DNA of 64,000 nt from Squalus acanthias (GCA_030390025.1 JASTWF010000323.1:186001-250000), one strand, 5' to 3'. Counted from the first letter of the stretch, positions 25,236 through 37,800 are shown. The notes: a model not told the origin generated them from the sequence alone. Numbers and translations are program-made.

Positions 25236-25439
25236 GTGTCTCCGATTAACTTCTCTCATCAAACAGGTGATTACAACCTTAGAATTGCCGTTTGTTCCTC
25301 ACAGTGTGACGATATTCCCACTGAAGAATCTTACTTCCCTTCTCAACAAATAAAGGCTCAAGCTGACATTACTACAATACAAAGAAACCCCATCACCAGT
25401 ATTAAATTAAAATCCCTCAGGGCAATCTGATTAACCCGT

Positions 25440-25875
25440 TCCTTACAAAACACTTTCAAAACCCAGTTTACAGAATTTTTTAAACCTTTTAAAAAATATT
25501 AAATCCCTAAAAATCATTTTGAACGCATTTAAATTCTACGTTAAACAGCTTTGAAACAACTGTAAACACATTATTAAACTCCATTTTAAACATCTTCTAA
25601 ACTCCTTATTAAACTCCTTTTTAAAAACATTTCAAATCGCTTCTTAAATTCCTTTTAAATCCTACATTAAACTCATTTCAATCACCTTTAACCCCATTAT
25701 TAAACAACTTTTCAAGTCCTTAATAAACTCCTTTTAAAAACCGTTTAAACTCCTTTTTAAACTCATTTTCAACAGCTTCTAAACCGCTTATTAAACACCA
25801 TTTAAACACCTTTTAAACACCTTATTAAACTTATTTTAGACACCCTTTCCACCATTTTAAATCCCTTTTAAACAC
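25440..25875. repeat. AT-rich degenerate short-period repeat (ttaaactcctttt-like)
   Basis: Repeated ttaaac(t/a)cc motif. Confidence 0.7.
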
Positions 25876-25967
25876 CACACCCCACTGCTCCTGGACACTG
25901 TCCATTGGGAACAATTCAATGAGATAAACACCACACCACACACCCCACTCTATCCCCTCCCCCTCAC

Positions 25968-26091
25968 CCGCTGACAATCCCGGATCTCCCGGTTTATTTC
26001 CCTTTCTTGTTTTCAGCTCATCCGCTTCTTCACCGTGAATTTGCAGCGCGAGTTTCTTGCACGGGAGGTAGTCTTTCAGCATGTCTTGTAC
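25968..26091 (-). CDS. Exon of the D8C-stalk gene (phase 0 to 1): VQDMLKDYLPCKKLALQIHGEEADELKTRKGNKPGDPGLSA
   Basis: Acceptor ttctcgtccgttcccag, donor gtgagg; 124 nt, open, phase-compatible with the exon at 27170-27285. Confidence 0.75.
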
Positions 26092-26209
26092 CTGGGAACG
26101 GACGAGAATCGCAGGGTGAGGTACGATGGAGAGGGATCGCAGTTAAACCGCACCTTAATAGGGGCTCTCAGGAAACATCACCGAGTCCCTAACACGTGGG
26201 GAATATCCT

Positions 26210-26645
26210 ACCCTTAAGACCAGGGTAACCCCTCCCACTTCACACCAGGCGACTCCCCTCCCTTGAACATCAGGTGAAGCCCCTCCCTTTTACACCAGGG
26301 GAATCACCTCCCCTTAACTCCAGGGACATCCCCTCCACTTAACACCAGGGGAATCCCCTCCCCTTAACACCAGGGAACTACCCTCCCCTTAACACCAGGG
26401 GAATCCCCTCCCCTTAACACCACGGAACTCCCCTCCCCTTAACAACAGGAAATTCCCTCCCCTTAACACCAGGGAACTACCCTCCCCTTAACACCAGGGG
26501 AATCCCCTCCCCTTAACACCGCGGAAACTCCGCTCCCCTTAACAACAGGAAATCCCCTTATCTTAACACCAGGGGACTACTCTCCACTTAACACTAGGGG
26601 ACTCCCTCCCCCTTTAAGAACATAGGAAATCCGCTTCCCTTAACA
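26210..26645. repeat. 25-bp minisatellite (AACACCAGGGGAATCCCCTCCCCTT)
   Basis: Direct 25-bp periodicity; intronic. Confidence 0.9.
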
Positions 26646-26649
26646 CCAG

Positions 26650-27130
26650 TCCAACTGGAAATGATCAATCAATGCCAACTGGGGATGATTAATCAATTCC
26701 AACTGGTGTTGGTCAATCAATGTCAACTGGTGTTTGTCTATCACTGGCAACTGGGAATGATCAAGCAATTCCAACTGGTGTTCGTCAATCAATGTCAACT
26801 GGTGTTTGTCTATCACTGGCAACTGGGAATGATCAAGCAATTCCAACTGGTGTTGGTCTATCAATGACAACTGGTGCTGGTCAACAATGCCAACTAGGGA
26901 TTGTCAATCAAGGCCAACTGGATTTGTTTAATCAATAAGAACTGGTGTTGTTCAATCAGTGCCAACTGGGGATTGTCAATCAAGGGCAACTGGTGTTGAT
27001 CAATCAATGCCAACAGGTGTTGTTCAATCAATGCCAACTGGTGTTGATCAATCAATGCCAACTGGTGTTGATCAATCAATGCCAACTGGTGTTCTTCAAT
27101 CAATGCCAACTGGTGTTGGTCAATCAGTGC
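26650..27130. repeat. 24-bp minisatellite (CAACTGGTGTTGATCAATCAATGC)
   Basis: About 20 copies; intronic. Confidence 0.9.
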
Positions 27131-27169
27131 CGGCACACCCCGAAAATGAATGAAGAATAAATCCCTCAC

Positions 27170-27285
27170 CTGCCGGAGATAGGCTTCCTTTTCCGCGGGG
27201 GTGTCCAGTTTGTTTTTGCCGATGTACATCACTTGGACCTCGGCACTGACCTTCTCACACTCCTCATCCGACAATTTCAGCACCC
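27170..27285 (-). CDS. Exon (phase 1 to 0): (G)VLKLSDEECEKVSAEVQVMYIGKNKLDTPAEKEAYLRQ
   Basis: Acceptor cttgtcctctcaatgttccag, donor CAG|gtgagg; 116 nt, open. Confidence 0.8.
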
Positions 27286-27689
27286 CTGGAACATTGAGAG
27301 GACAAGTCTTCAGCCGCAACGCCCAAACCACTCCCCCCCCTTCCGTGTAACGTTAGAGCCACAAATACCAACCGGGTACAGGCATGGGGCAGAGAGGGGA
27401 GCAATCCAGGAGCGCCGGTCCAACCGAGGACATTCTGTTCTGGGAGCAGAACTAGGTAATGTGGGTCTGTGCGGACAATTCCAGGTTCAGTCGCTGCTTT
27501 CACAAAACCCCCTGACCCGACCACCACAATTACCCGCAGCAGCTCGAGAAGGCAACTCCACATTCACAGGGCACTGGGGAGGGGCAATGAATGGGGCCCC
27601 CACCCCTGCTCCTGACTCCTGAGAGCCAATAGATACACAGTATAGGGGAGGGGGAGGGGTTTCAAAGAAAGAATGAACAGGGTGCGGCC

Positions 27690-28065
27690 CTTATAAAGCT
27701 CTGATGGAGGGCTTTAAAATTCTGAAGCGGGTTCGATACGGTAGATGTAGAGAAGATGTTTCCATTTGTGCGACCGTCCAAAATTAGGGGCCATAAATAT
27801 AAGATAGTCACTAATAAATCCAAAAGGGAATTCAGGAGAAACTTCTTTTTCCAGAGAATGGTGAGAATGTGGAACTTGCTACGAAAGGGAGTGTTTGAGT
27901 TGAATTGCATAGATGCATTTAAGGGAAGCTAGATAAATACATGAGGGAGATAGGAATAGAAGGATATGTTGATGGGTTTAGATGATTAGAGGTGGGAGGA
28001 TTCTCGTGTGGAGTATAAACACTGGCATGGACCAGTTGGGACGAATGGTCTGTTCTATTCTATGT
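27690..28065 (+). mobile_element. CR1 LINE 3' end fragment
   Basis: gggccataaatataagatagtcactaataaatcc..gacgaatggtctgtt 3' UTR. Confidence 0.8.
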
Positions 28066-28243
28066 ATTTAATATTGGGAGAGACTTTTCCTGATAACTGG
28101 GACTGAGCAGTCAGATTATAAAGCAGGATATTTGGGAGGTTCAATAGCTGAATGTCCGAGGATGGTGATAGGGAATGAATTCTTCCGGAATTGGACCCTG
28201 GAATAGTCTGACTGGTTGTTTCCTACCAGAAGCCGACTGATAC

Positions 28244-28333
28244 CTGGCCTTGATTGTCCCTCCTCTGACAGTTTGCACTCAGCTTCTGATGTAGACGCTC
28301 CCTTTGATCCAGGACTTGTCGTCTTCCCCGAAT
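28244..28333 (-). CDS. Exon (90 nt, phase 1 to 1): (D)SGKTTSPGSKGASTSEAECKLSEEGQSRP
   Basis: Acceptor gatctttcattacag, donor CAG|gtatca, resembling the splice sites of the 96-nt exons. Confidence 0.75.
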
Positions 28334-28479
28334 CTGTAATGAAAGATCAGCCACATGGGAACTGGAGGAAAGAGAAAAAGACCTGGATCTTCCTGCTGGA
28401 TACGGGTCTCTCATAGCACCGGGCCGCGCATTGAACTGATGGGCACAGGGACAAGAGACAATTCAGGACTGAAGGAGCA

Positions 28480-29185
28480 ATAGACAGAGAGAGAAAGATA
28501 AATATATCGAGAGAGAGAGACAGACCGAGTGAGAATGAGTTATAGAGACAGAGAGAGAGAGAGAGAGCTGGAAAGAGAGAGAGAAAGAGTGAAGATGGTG
28601 ACAGAGAGCCAGAGAGAGAGAAAAAAAGAGGGAAATGAACGGAATGAGAGAGTAAGAGACACAGAGAGAGAGAGATAGAGAGTGAAAAAGTGAAATATAT
28701 GGAGAGATAGAGACTGGGGATAGAGAGAGAAAGAAAGACAGGGAGAGATATACAGAGAAAGAGTGAGAAAGAGGGAGACAGAATGCCACTGACACACAGA
28801 GAGAGACAGAGAATGTTGGAGTGAAAGAAAGACTGATAACGTAAGATAAAGTTGGGGAGAAAGGGAGACAGATTGAGAGATAGAGAGAAAAAGAGAGATA
28901 TGCAGAGAAAGAGGGAGACAGAGACAGACAGAAAAAGAAACAGAGAGGCAGACGAAGGGAGAGAGACAAAGAAATTGACAGAAAGAGAGAGAGAGAATGG
29001 GCTAGAGAGACAGAGACAAAGAAATAGAGACAGAGAGAGAGAGACAGAGAGTGTGAGAGAGAGAGAGAGATAGACTGAGGGTGACAGACAGAGAATGAGC
29101 AAGAGAGACAGAGAGAGAAAGAGAGGGAGTGAGAAAGAGACAGACAGAGGGAGAGACAGGAAGAGAGAGACAGCGAGAGAGAGTG
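28480..29185. repeat. Degenerate (GA)n/(GACA)n microsatellite
   Basis: Long purine-rich tract. Confidence 0.9.
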
Positions 29186-29589
29186 GTAGGGGAAAGTTAA
29201 CAACCTATTACCCATCCTGGCATGTGGAACATAGTGACAAGCACTCAATCATGGGATCCTTTCATTCTCTAATCTGTTTCCTGTTAACATAACGTGCCTT
29301 AACTATCACAACAAGGCTCTCGTGTGGCACTTTATCAAATGCCTTGTGAAAATCCATATGCACAAAATATAACATCTCAGTTCCAGAACCGTTATATCAA
29401 GAAAGTTTCCGGTAGAATTATTCCCTCAGATTGTGTCTGGGGACATTCATTTTGAAACTGTCCCTTCATAAAGTGCCGCTATCGCGGAGTTTTTGATGTG
29501 GGAATAATGGATCTTAGTTCAAGGTTTAGTCCAAGGCGAATATGTCTGCTCTGATTCCACGTGAGGTAAATCGCATTTCAATCAAAGTA

Positions 29590-30465
29590 CTGGGGCTCAT
29601 TTCTAGAGTAATTGAATTGGAAAGCAGGGAAGTTATGTAAAATTTATATAGAAACTTGGGTAAGCCCCACTTGGAGTACTCTGCACAGTTCTGGTCTCCA
29701 TATACCTTGGTTAAACCACACCTGGAGCATTGTCCTCTATTCTGGTCTCCATATACGTTGGTTATACCATACTTGGAGTAGAATGCACAGTTCTACTCTC
29801 CTTAAAGCTTGGTTAGAACAAACTTGGAGCAGTATGCATTGTTCCGGTCTCCATATACTTTGCTTACATCACACTTGGAGTAGGAGGCACAGTTCTACTC
29901 TCCATACACCTTCATTAGATCACACTTGGCGCACTGCGCATAGTTAAGGTCTCCATAATATAAAAAGGATATAGAGGCACTGGAGAAGATGCAAAAACAA
30001 GGCTTACAAGGATGATCCCAGAACTGGGAGGGTACAACTTTCAGGAATGAATGAAACGGCTGGGGCTTACATTCTCCAGACAAGAGAAGGCTGAGGGGTG
30101 ACACGATGGAGGTCTTTAAAATTATGAAGGGTTTGAGAGTTTAGACCTATTGAGGATGTTTCCACTTGTGGATGTATCCAAAATTAGGGGCCATAAATAT
30201 AAGATAGGCACTAATAGATCCTATAGGGATTTCAGGAGCAACTCCTTTATCCGGAGACTGGTGAGCATGTGGAACTAGCTACAAGGAGTAGTTGAGGCAA
30301 ATATCATGGATGCATTTAAGGTGAAGCTAGATAAACTCGTGAGGGTGAACGGTCTCGGAGGTTGTGCTGATAGGGTGAGATGAAGTAGGGTTGGAGGAGT
30401 CTTGTGTGAAGCATAAACACTAGCATGGATCAGGTGGGCCGAATGGCCTGTTTCTGTGCTGTGAA
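29590..30465 (+). mobile_element. CR1 3' fragment containing an internal 51-bp tandem amplification (29654-29960)
   Basis: The LVRPHLEYCAQFWSP-coding segment occurs 6 times, followed by the CR1 3' end gggccgaatggcctgtttct. Confidence 0.85.
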
Positions 30466-30778
30466 TTCAACGCCTCCAATTCAGTCACCTAGTTTCAGAA
30501 ACAAACCCTCCTGGTATCACAAGCTCCATCCGTACTGCCCCTTCCCCAATGGACACAGACTCCTCCACTGATTCTCTCAGTCCCATCCGGTTCTGTCTCA
30601 TTTCCTGACTGCCCAACCTGATTTGAAATGATAAATCCGAGGAAGCTTGGATAGAGTGCGGGGCAATCTATCCTCCGAGAAAGGTCTCATTCGAGACTGG
30701 GTAATGCGCAGGGACTGAGCATTTCAGGAGTCACATTGGGTGAAGTGTCAGTTTGAAGGAACCCCACCAGACTGATAC

Positions 30779-30868
30779 CTGAGGCTGTAGACCCCGCTGG
30801 GACAGAGGACGATTTCTCAGTAGATTTTTCAGATGTTTGTTCCTCGGGTTCCTGAGTCGGGATTGCCT
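30779..30868 (-). CDS. Stalk repeat exon 5, ancestral acceptor lost, probable cryptic AG 6 nt downstream: (E)AIPTQEPEEQTSEKSTEKSSSVPAGSTAS
   Basis: Homologous to the 96-nt exons; donor gtatca intact; the ancestral acceptor position reads attatga instead of attacag. Confidence 0.55.
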
Positions 30869-31708
30869 CTGGATTCATAATATAGAATGAGAAACATGAG
30901 AGAGAGAAGGAGTGGGGAACACCCGAACACATCATCAGGCTGATACAATTGTCCGGAGAATGCCAGACTCCAGACTTTAAATAAGCCATTGCCCTCCAAC
31001 TCCAGTCATCTGATCCACTACAGCCAACTCTTTATGTCACTATAACGTACTCCCCCTCGGTTACTACATCACACAATATTCAGTCACTACAGCCCACATA
31101 CTTGAGTCACTACATCCCACTCTACTCAGTCGCTGCATCCCACTCACCTCAGCTATTACATTCCACTTCCCTCATTCACAACATCCCACTCCCAAGATTC
31201 ATCACATCCCACTCTCCCAATCACTGCATCGCAGCTCCTCAGTCAGTACATCGCACACACCTTAATCAGTAAATCCAATACCCTCAGTCACTAATTTCTC
31301 TCCCTTCAGTCACTACATCCGAATCGCCTCAGTCACCTCATCTCACTCCCTTTAGTCACTAATTCCACGCCCTCAGTTACTGCATTGCACTCCACTAATC
31401 ATTATATCGCACTCGCCTGAGTCACTATATACCACTCTACTCAGTCATCACATCGCACTCTGCTCAGTCACTACACCACTCCCCTCAGACATTGCTACAC
31501 ACTGCCCTCAGACACTGCCTCCCACTCCCCGCAGTCACTGCATCCCAATCCCCTCAGTCTCCTCATCCCACTTCCCACAGTCCGCTCATCCCACAACCCT
31601 CCCTCATTTCATCCCACGCACCGCACTGAGAGACTGGATGAATCTGAGGATTCCAGCAGTTACATTGGGTGAACAGTCTGTGTAGAATGGAATCCACAAG
31701 GCAGATAC

Positions 31709-31804
31709 CTGAGGCTGCAGAGCCTGCTGAGACAGAAGATGTACGGTCAGCGGATTCGCGAGTCGATTGTTCCTCAGGATCCTGAGTTGGAGATGTCTCT
31801 GGAT
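31709..31804 (-). CDS. Stalk repeat exon 4 (96 nt, phase 1 to 1): (D)PETSPTQDPEEQSTRESADRTSSVSAGSAAS
   Basis: Acceptor tctctcttcctttattacag, donor gtatct; open. Confidence 0.85.
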
Positions 31805-32710
31805 CTGTAATAAAGGAAGAGAGACATGGTAGAGTGCAGAGTGGAGCAACAGAACAGGTCATCAGGCTGATACTAGAGCCCAGAAAATGTCAGACATCAG
31901 TCTTTATAAAACAGATAAACATCAAATCCAACTCCCCTCAGTTACTGCATCCCATAACTCTCAGTCAATTCATTGCACATCTTTCAGTTACTGCATCCCA
32001 CTCCCCTCAGTCACTGCAACCCACTCCCCTCAGTAATTGCCTCCCTTTCACCTCAGTCACTGCATCCCACTCCCCTCCATCACTGCATCCCAATACACCC
32101 GGTGACTGAATTCCACTCCCTGCAATCCCCTCAGCCCTCTCCACTCTGGCACTAAATACAACTAGCCTCATTCTCTTCTACCCACTACCTTCAGCCACCT
32201 CGTCCCTCTACATTCAGGCTCCCCATCCCACTCCCTTCAGCGTTCACATCCCACTCGCCTCAGACTCCTCATCTCACTCCCTTCACATCCCTCATCCCAC
32301 TACTCTCAGACTCCTCATTCCACGACTCTCAGTCGCCTCATTCCACTCCCCTCAGAATACACACTCCAACCCGTCCCACTCACCCCTCAGTCTGCTCATC
32401 TCATTCTCCTCAGGCTCCGCATCCCACTTCCCTTAGACACATCATCGCATTACACTAAGAATTCTCATCACAAACCCCTCAGTCTCCTGGTCCCGCACAC
32501 CTCAGTTGCAGCATCCCACTCCCCTCAATCACTACATCCAACTCCGCTTGGGCTCCTCATCCTAATTCCCACAGTCCGCTCATCTCACACCCCTCCTTCA
32601 TTACATCCCACTCCCCTCAATAAGATACTGGATGAATCTGAGGGACTGAGGATGTCAACAGTTAGATTGAGTGAAAAGTCTGTGTAGAATGGACGCCACA
32701 AGGGAGATAC

Positions 32711-32806
32711 CTGAGGTTGCAGACCCTGCTGGGAGAGAAGATGAATGTTCAGCGGATTCTCGAGTGGATTGTTCCTCGGGTTCCTGAGTTGGGGATGTCT
32801 CTGTAT
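32711..32806 (-). CDS. Stalk repeat exon 3 (96 nt): (D)TETSPTQEPEEQSTRESAEHSSSLPAGSATS
   Basis: Acceptor tctttctttattacag, donor gtatct; open. Confidence 0.85.
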
Positions 32807-33275
32807 CTGTAATAAAGAAAGAGACACATGGGAGGGTGCAGTTTCGACAACACCCGAATAGGTCATCAGTCTGGTACTTGGAGAATGCCCGACACCAGTC
32901 TTTATAAAAGAATCATCCAATCCCATTCCCCTTAGTCATTACATCACACTCCCCTCATTCACGACATACCACTCCACTCATTCACTATATGACACTCCCC
33001 TCATTCACTACATCACACTCCACTCATTCACTTCCTTCAACTCCCCTTATTCAGTACACCACACTCTCCTCAATCACTGCATCCCACTCGCTCAGTCAGT
33101 GCATTCAACTATTCTCAGTCGCTGCATCCGAATCCCCTCAGTCTCCTCATCTCACACATGTCAGACAGTAAATCCCACATCACACAGTAAGAGATTGGAT
33201 CAATCTGTGCAACTGAGGATTGCTGCATACTCATTGGGTGAGCAGTCTGTAGAATGGACGCCACAAGGTAGATAC

Positions 33276-33371
33276 CTGAGGCTGTAGTCACCACTGGAAT
33301 AGTGGATGTATGGTCAGCGGATTTGTAAGTCGATTGTTCCGCGGGTTCCTGAGTTGGGGATGTGTCTGGAT
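33276..33371 (-). CDS. Stalk repeat exon 2 (96 nt): (D)PDTSPTQEPAEQSTYKSADHTSTIPVVTTAS
   Basis: Acceptor tctcttcctttctatcag, donor gtatct; open. Confidence 0.85.
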
Positions 33372-33532
33372 CTGATAGAAAGGAAGAGAGACATAGGAGG
33401 GTTCAGAGTGGAGAACAGGCCATCAGGCTGGTACTAGAGTCCGGAGAATTCCCGACATCAGTCTTTATATAGCCCAGAATCATCTAATCCCACTCCCCTA
33501 AATCACTAAATTCCACGTCCCTCAGTCACTGC

Positions 33533-33932
33533 TTTTTTTTATACGTTCCTGGTATGTGGGCGTCGCTGGCAAGGCCAGCATTTATTGCCGAACCCTAACT
33601 GCCCTTCAGAAGATGGTGGTGAGCTGCCTTCTTCAATACAACTGTATGATTTGCTAGGCCATTTCAGAGCGCAGTTAGGAGTCAAATAAATGGGTCTGGA
33701 GCCACATATAGTCCAGACCGGGTAAGGACGGCAGATTTCCTTCCCTAAAGGACATTAGTGAACCGGATTTTTTTTTAATGACAATCTGATAATTTAATGG
33801 ACTAGCTTATAATTCCAGATATTTATTAAATTCCAAAACTGTTGTGGTTGGATTTGATCTCATATTTTCCAGATCATTAGTCCAGGCCTCGGGATTATTA
33901 CTGCAGTAACATAACCACTGTGTTACCGTTAC
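33533..33932 (-). mobile_element. tRNA-derived SINE whose 3' tail matches the LINE at 43478-46072
   Basis: Minus-strand head acacagtggttatgttactg..gagatcaaatccaaccac; tail aataaatgctggccttgccagcgacgcccaca followed by poly(A). Confidence 0.75.
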
Positions 33933-34141
33933 CCCGCATCCAAATCCCCTCAATCCCCTCATCCAACACACGTCAGTCACTGCATCCCGATGCCCTCATT
34001 AAGAGACTGGATGATTCTCTGAAAATGCGATTTCAGAACTTACATTCGGACATTTTATTACTTTAAAATCTCTATATAAATACAAGTTATTGTTGTTGTT
34101 GCTGAACAGTCTGTGTAGAATGGATCCCACAAGGCAGTTAC

Positions 34142-34237
34142 CTGAGCTTGCAGACCATGCTGGTCTAGAGGAGAAACGGTTAGCAGGTTCACGAGTCGAC
34201 TGTTCCTCGGGTTCCTGATTTGGGAATGTCTTGGGAT
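34142..34237 (-). CDS. Stalk repeat exon 1 (96 nt): (D)PKTFPNQEPEEQSTREPANRFSSRPAWSASS
   Basis: Acceptor cctctgttcctatattacag, donor gtaact; open. Confidence 0.85.
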
Positions 34238-34859
34238 CTGTAATATAGGAACAGAGGCATGGGAGAGTGCAGAGTGGGGAACACCAGAACAGGTCATCAG
34301 GCTGGTATTAGAGTCTGGTGAATGTCAGACACCAGTCTTTATAAAACGCAGAATCATCAAATCCCATTCCCCATGACCCAGAAAGCCTGTAGATGGATCG
34401 TGCGGTGTTCAGCACTACACTGGGGGTCTATCGCGATCAGTGGGCACCGCAGGGAACAGAGTGTCAGATAGACTCGGAGAAAAGCGTTTGATTCAGCTCC
34501 CTATAGCTTTGAGGAAAAGTACAATTTGTGTTTCAGTTCCTTTATTCGTTGTGCCCCTTTCAACAATGCGGGGTGCTACATAATTTTGTTTTTCTGTTGA
34601 TGACACGGGACATCCCAGAGTCACCCTTCTGGATCATTTCAAAACGGACGTGTTTGCTCGCAACACCCAAAGCACTAATTGGTCCCCTTGGATGACGAGC
34701 CTGATTGCTGATTGGTCCAATTGGAGGACAAGACTGCCTACTGCAGACAGAACAGAGCGCACCTGCAACAGACAGGACTCACCCTCGTGGGTTAAGACCT
34801 TCTCCCACCCGCAAACATGTTCCTGCTCCCACAGCCCAAATTACTGATCAACTAACGCC

Positions 34860-37800
34860 ACCCAAGTTCCTGACCTCCCTCCAACCAAGTTCCTGACATT
34901 CTCCGCCGGTGCAATTTCTTGACCTCCGCCCATCAAAGTTACTGACCTCCACCCCCAGCGCGAGTTCCTGACCTTATCCCCCGGTACGATTCCTGAACTT
35001 CTCTGCAGCCCCGCCCCACCCCCCCCCCCCCGAGTTACTGCCCCCCGCGAGTTGCTGACCTTCTGTCCCACACCCAGTTCCTGACCTTCTCGAACCCCCG
35101 AGTTCCGAAATTCTCTCTCCCCCAAACCAAGTTCCTGAGCTTCTCTCCCCCTCCCAATTTCCTGCACATCACTCCCCCAATTCCTGACCTTCTCACCCTC
35201 CTCCTACCCGCGTCCCTGACCATCACTCCCACGCGAGGTCCTGACGTATTCTCCCCCACCGAGTTCCTGACCTTCTCTCCCACCTGAGTTCCTGAACTTC
35301 TCATCCCCCCCGAGTTCCTGAGCCTATATCCGTCCCACCCCAGTTCCTGACCTTCTCTATCACCCCCCCCCCCCGAGTTCCTGACCTTGTTCCTCCACCT
35401 GATTTACGGACCTTCTCTCCCCCCACCCCGAGTTCCTGACCTTATCGCCCTCCCACCCGAGTTCCTGACCTTCTCTCCCCTCCCCCCGAGTTCATGACCT
35501 TCTCCCCTTCCCCTGATTTTCGGACCTACTCTCCCCCCACCCCGAGTTCCTGATCTTTTCTCTCCCCACCCCGAGCTACTGACCTTATCGCCCTCCACAC
35601 GAGTTCCTCAGCTTCTCTTTCCGCCCGAGTTCCTGATCTTCTCCCCCAATTGATATTCCGACCATATCTCCCACCACCCCGAGTTCCTGACCTTCTCTCC
35701 AACCAGCTCGAGTTCCTGACCTTCTCACATCCTCACCCGAATTCCTGACCTTTCCCCCCCCAACCCGAGTTCCTGACCATCTCACCTCCTCACCCGAATT
35801 CCTGACCTTCTCCATTCCCCGAGTTCCTTACCTTCTCACTCCACCCCAACAACCCCAGGTCCTGACCTCCTCTCCCGCCGCCCCTGAGATCTTTATCTTC
35901 TCGCCCCGCGGCTTCCTGACCTTCACTCACCATCCCTGATTTCCTGACTTTCTCTCTCCTCCCTCCCACCTCTTGAGATCCTGACGTTCAATCAGATTCT
36001 CCACCACCGCGGAATTCCTGACTTTCTATTAAAAACCACAAACCACGCAACACCTCGAGTTCCTGAAATTGTCTCTTCAATCCTCACCCCCATTCGGGTT
36101 CCTGAACTGTATTCACTCCCCAAAGTTCCTGACATTCTCTCCCCGTTCCCCGGAGATCCTTACGTTCTACCCTACCCGAGTTCATGACCGTCTCATCCAC
36201 TCGCCCGAGTTCCTGATCTTCACTCCCCAACATCACCCCCACAAGTTCCTGATTTTCTCTGCACCTCCACGATTTCCTGACCTTCTCTCAGCCCACCCTA
36301 ATTCCTGACTTTCTCTCTCTCACCACACCCAAGAATTCCTGACCTTCTCTCCCTCCTCCGAGTTCCTGACGTTATTCCCCCTCACGAGTTGCTGACCTTC
36401 TCAACCCCACCCCCGAGTTCCTGACATTCTCAACCCCCAAGTTATTGACCTTCTCGCCCAACCTTCCGAGTCCCTGTCGTTATTGCCCCCTCCCGAGTCG
36501 CTGACCTTCTCAACCCCCAAATTCCTGACCTTCTCTCCAAAACCCGATTTAATTACCTTCTCTCCCCTCCCCCTGAATTACTGATCATCTCTCCCATGCC
36601 CCCTCCACCGAGTTCCTGTCCTTCTCACGCCCGTGGTATCTGACTTTCTCCCACCCAGCGAGTTCCTGACATTCTCTCTCTCCCCCCAGATTCCTGATCT
36701 TCTCTTCCCCTCCGAGTTCCTAACCTTCTCCTTCTCCCCCCAAGTTCCTGACATTCCCGCTCACCTCCGAGTTCCTGTCCTTCTCTCTCCCCCACCCCGA
36801 GTTTCTTTCCTTCTCTCTCCACCCACCCCCACCCCCCGAATTCCTGTCCTTCTCTAACACCCACCCCCCGTGTTCCTGTCCTCGCGCTCCCCCCGAGTTC
36901 CTGTCGTTCTCTCCCCCCCCCGAGATCCTGTACTTCTCTCTGCCCCCCCAGACTTCCTGTCCTTCTCTCTCTCCCTCCCCCCGAGATCCTGTCATTCTCT
37001 CTTCACCCCCGAGTTCCTGTCCTTCATTCGCCCCCCCCCCCCATCAGTTCCTGTCCTTCTCTCTCCCCCACCCGAGTTCCTGTCCTTCTCTCTCCCCCGC
37101 ACCAGCGAGTTCCGGTCCTTCTATCTCCCCACCCCCGTGTTACTGTCCTTCTCTCTCCCACCCCCCGAGTTCCTGTCCTTCACTCTCCCCCCCACCCTCC
37201 GAGTTCATGTCCTTCTCTCTCCCCACCACCCCCCCCCCCGGGTTCCTGTCATTCTCTCTTCCCCCCCGAGTTCCTGTCCTTCTCTCGACCCCCCCACTTC
37301 CTGTCCTTCTCTCCCCCATCCCCGAGTTCCTGTCCTTCTCGCTCCCCCCGAGTTCCTGTCCATCTCTGCCCCCCCCGAGATCCTGTCCTTCTCTCTACCA
37401 CCCCCCGAGTTCCTATACTTCTCTCTCCCACCCCCCGAGTTCCTGTCCTTCTCTCTCCCCCCTCCGAGTTGCTGACCTTCTCTCCCACTCCGAGTTCCTG
37501 TCCTTCTCTCTCCCTCCTCCGAGTTCCTGACCTTCTCTCCCCTCTTCGAGTTCCTGTTCTTCTCTCTCCACCCACCGAGTTCCTGTCCTACTCTCTCCCC
37601 CCACCGAGTTCCTGTCTTTCTCTCTCCCCACCCCGAGTTCCTGTCATTCTCTCTCCCACCCACCCGAGTTCCTGTCCTTTCTCTCCCCCCTCCGAGATCC
37701 TGCCCTTCTCTCTACCCCTCCGAGTTCCTGTCCTTCTCTCCCCCCCCCGAGTTCCTGTCCTTCCTTCTCCCCCTTCTCCGAGTTCCTGTCGTTCTCTCTC

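Larger units (their letters stand above)
30990..33530. repeat. Degenerate ~24-bp intronic repeat (cactcccctcagtcactacatcc) between the stalk exons
   Basis: Recurrent ctcagtcact/atcccactc motifs in several introns. Confidence 0.75.

Noticed and set aside
26894..27169. LALIDQHQ leucine-zipper-like extension of the ORF at 26894-27331
   Set aside because: It lies beyond a strong CAG|gtgagg donor and is the 24-bp intronic minisatellite.
28347..29248. Leu/Ser-rich membrane-like ORFs
   Set aside because: (CT)n microsatellite translation.
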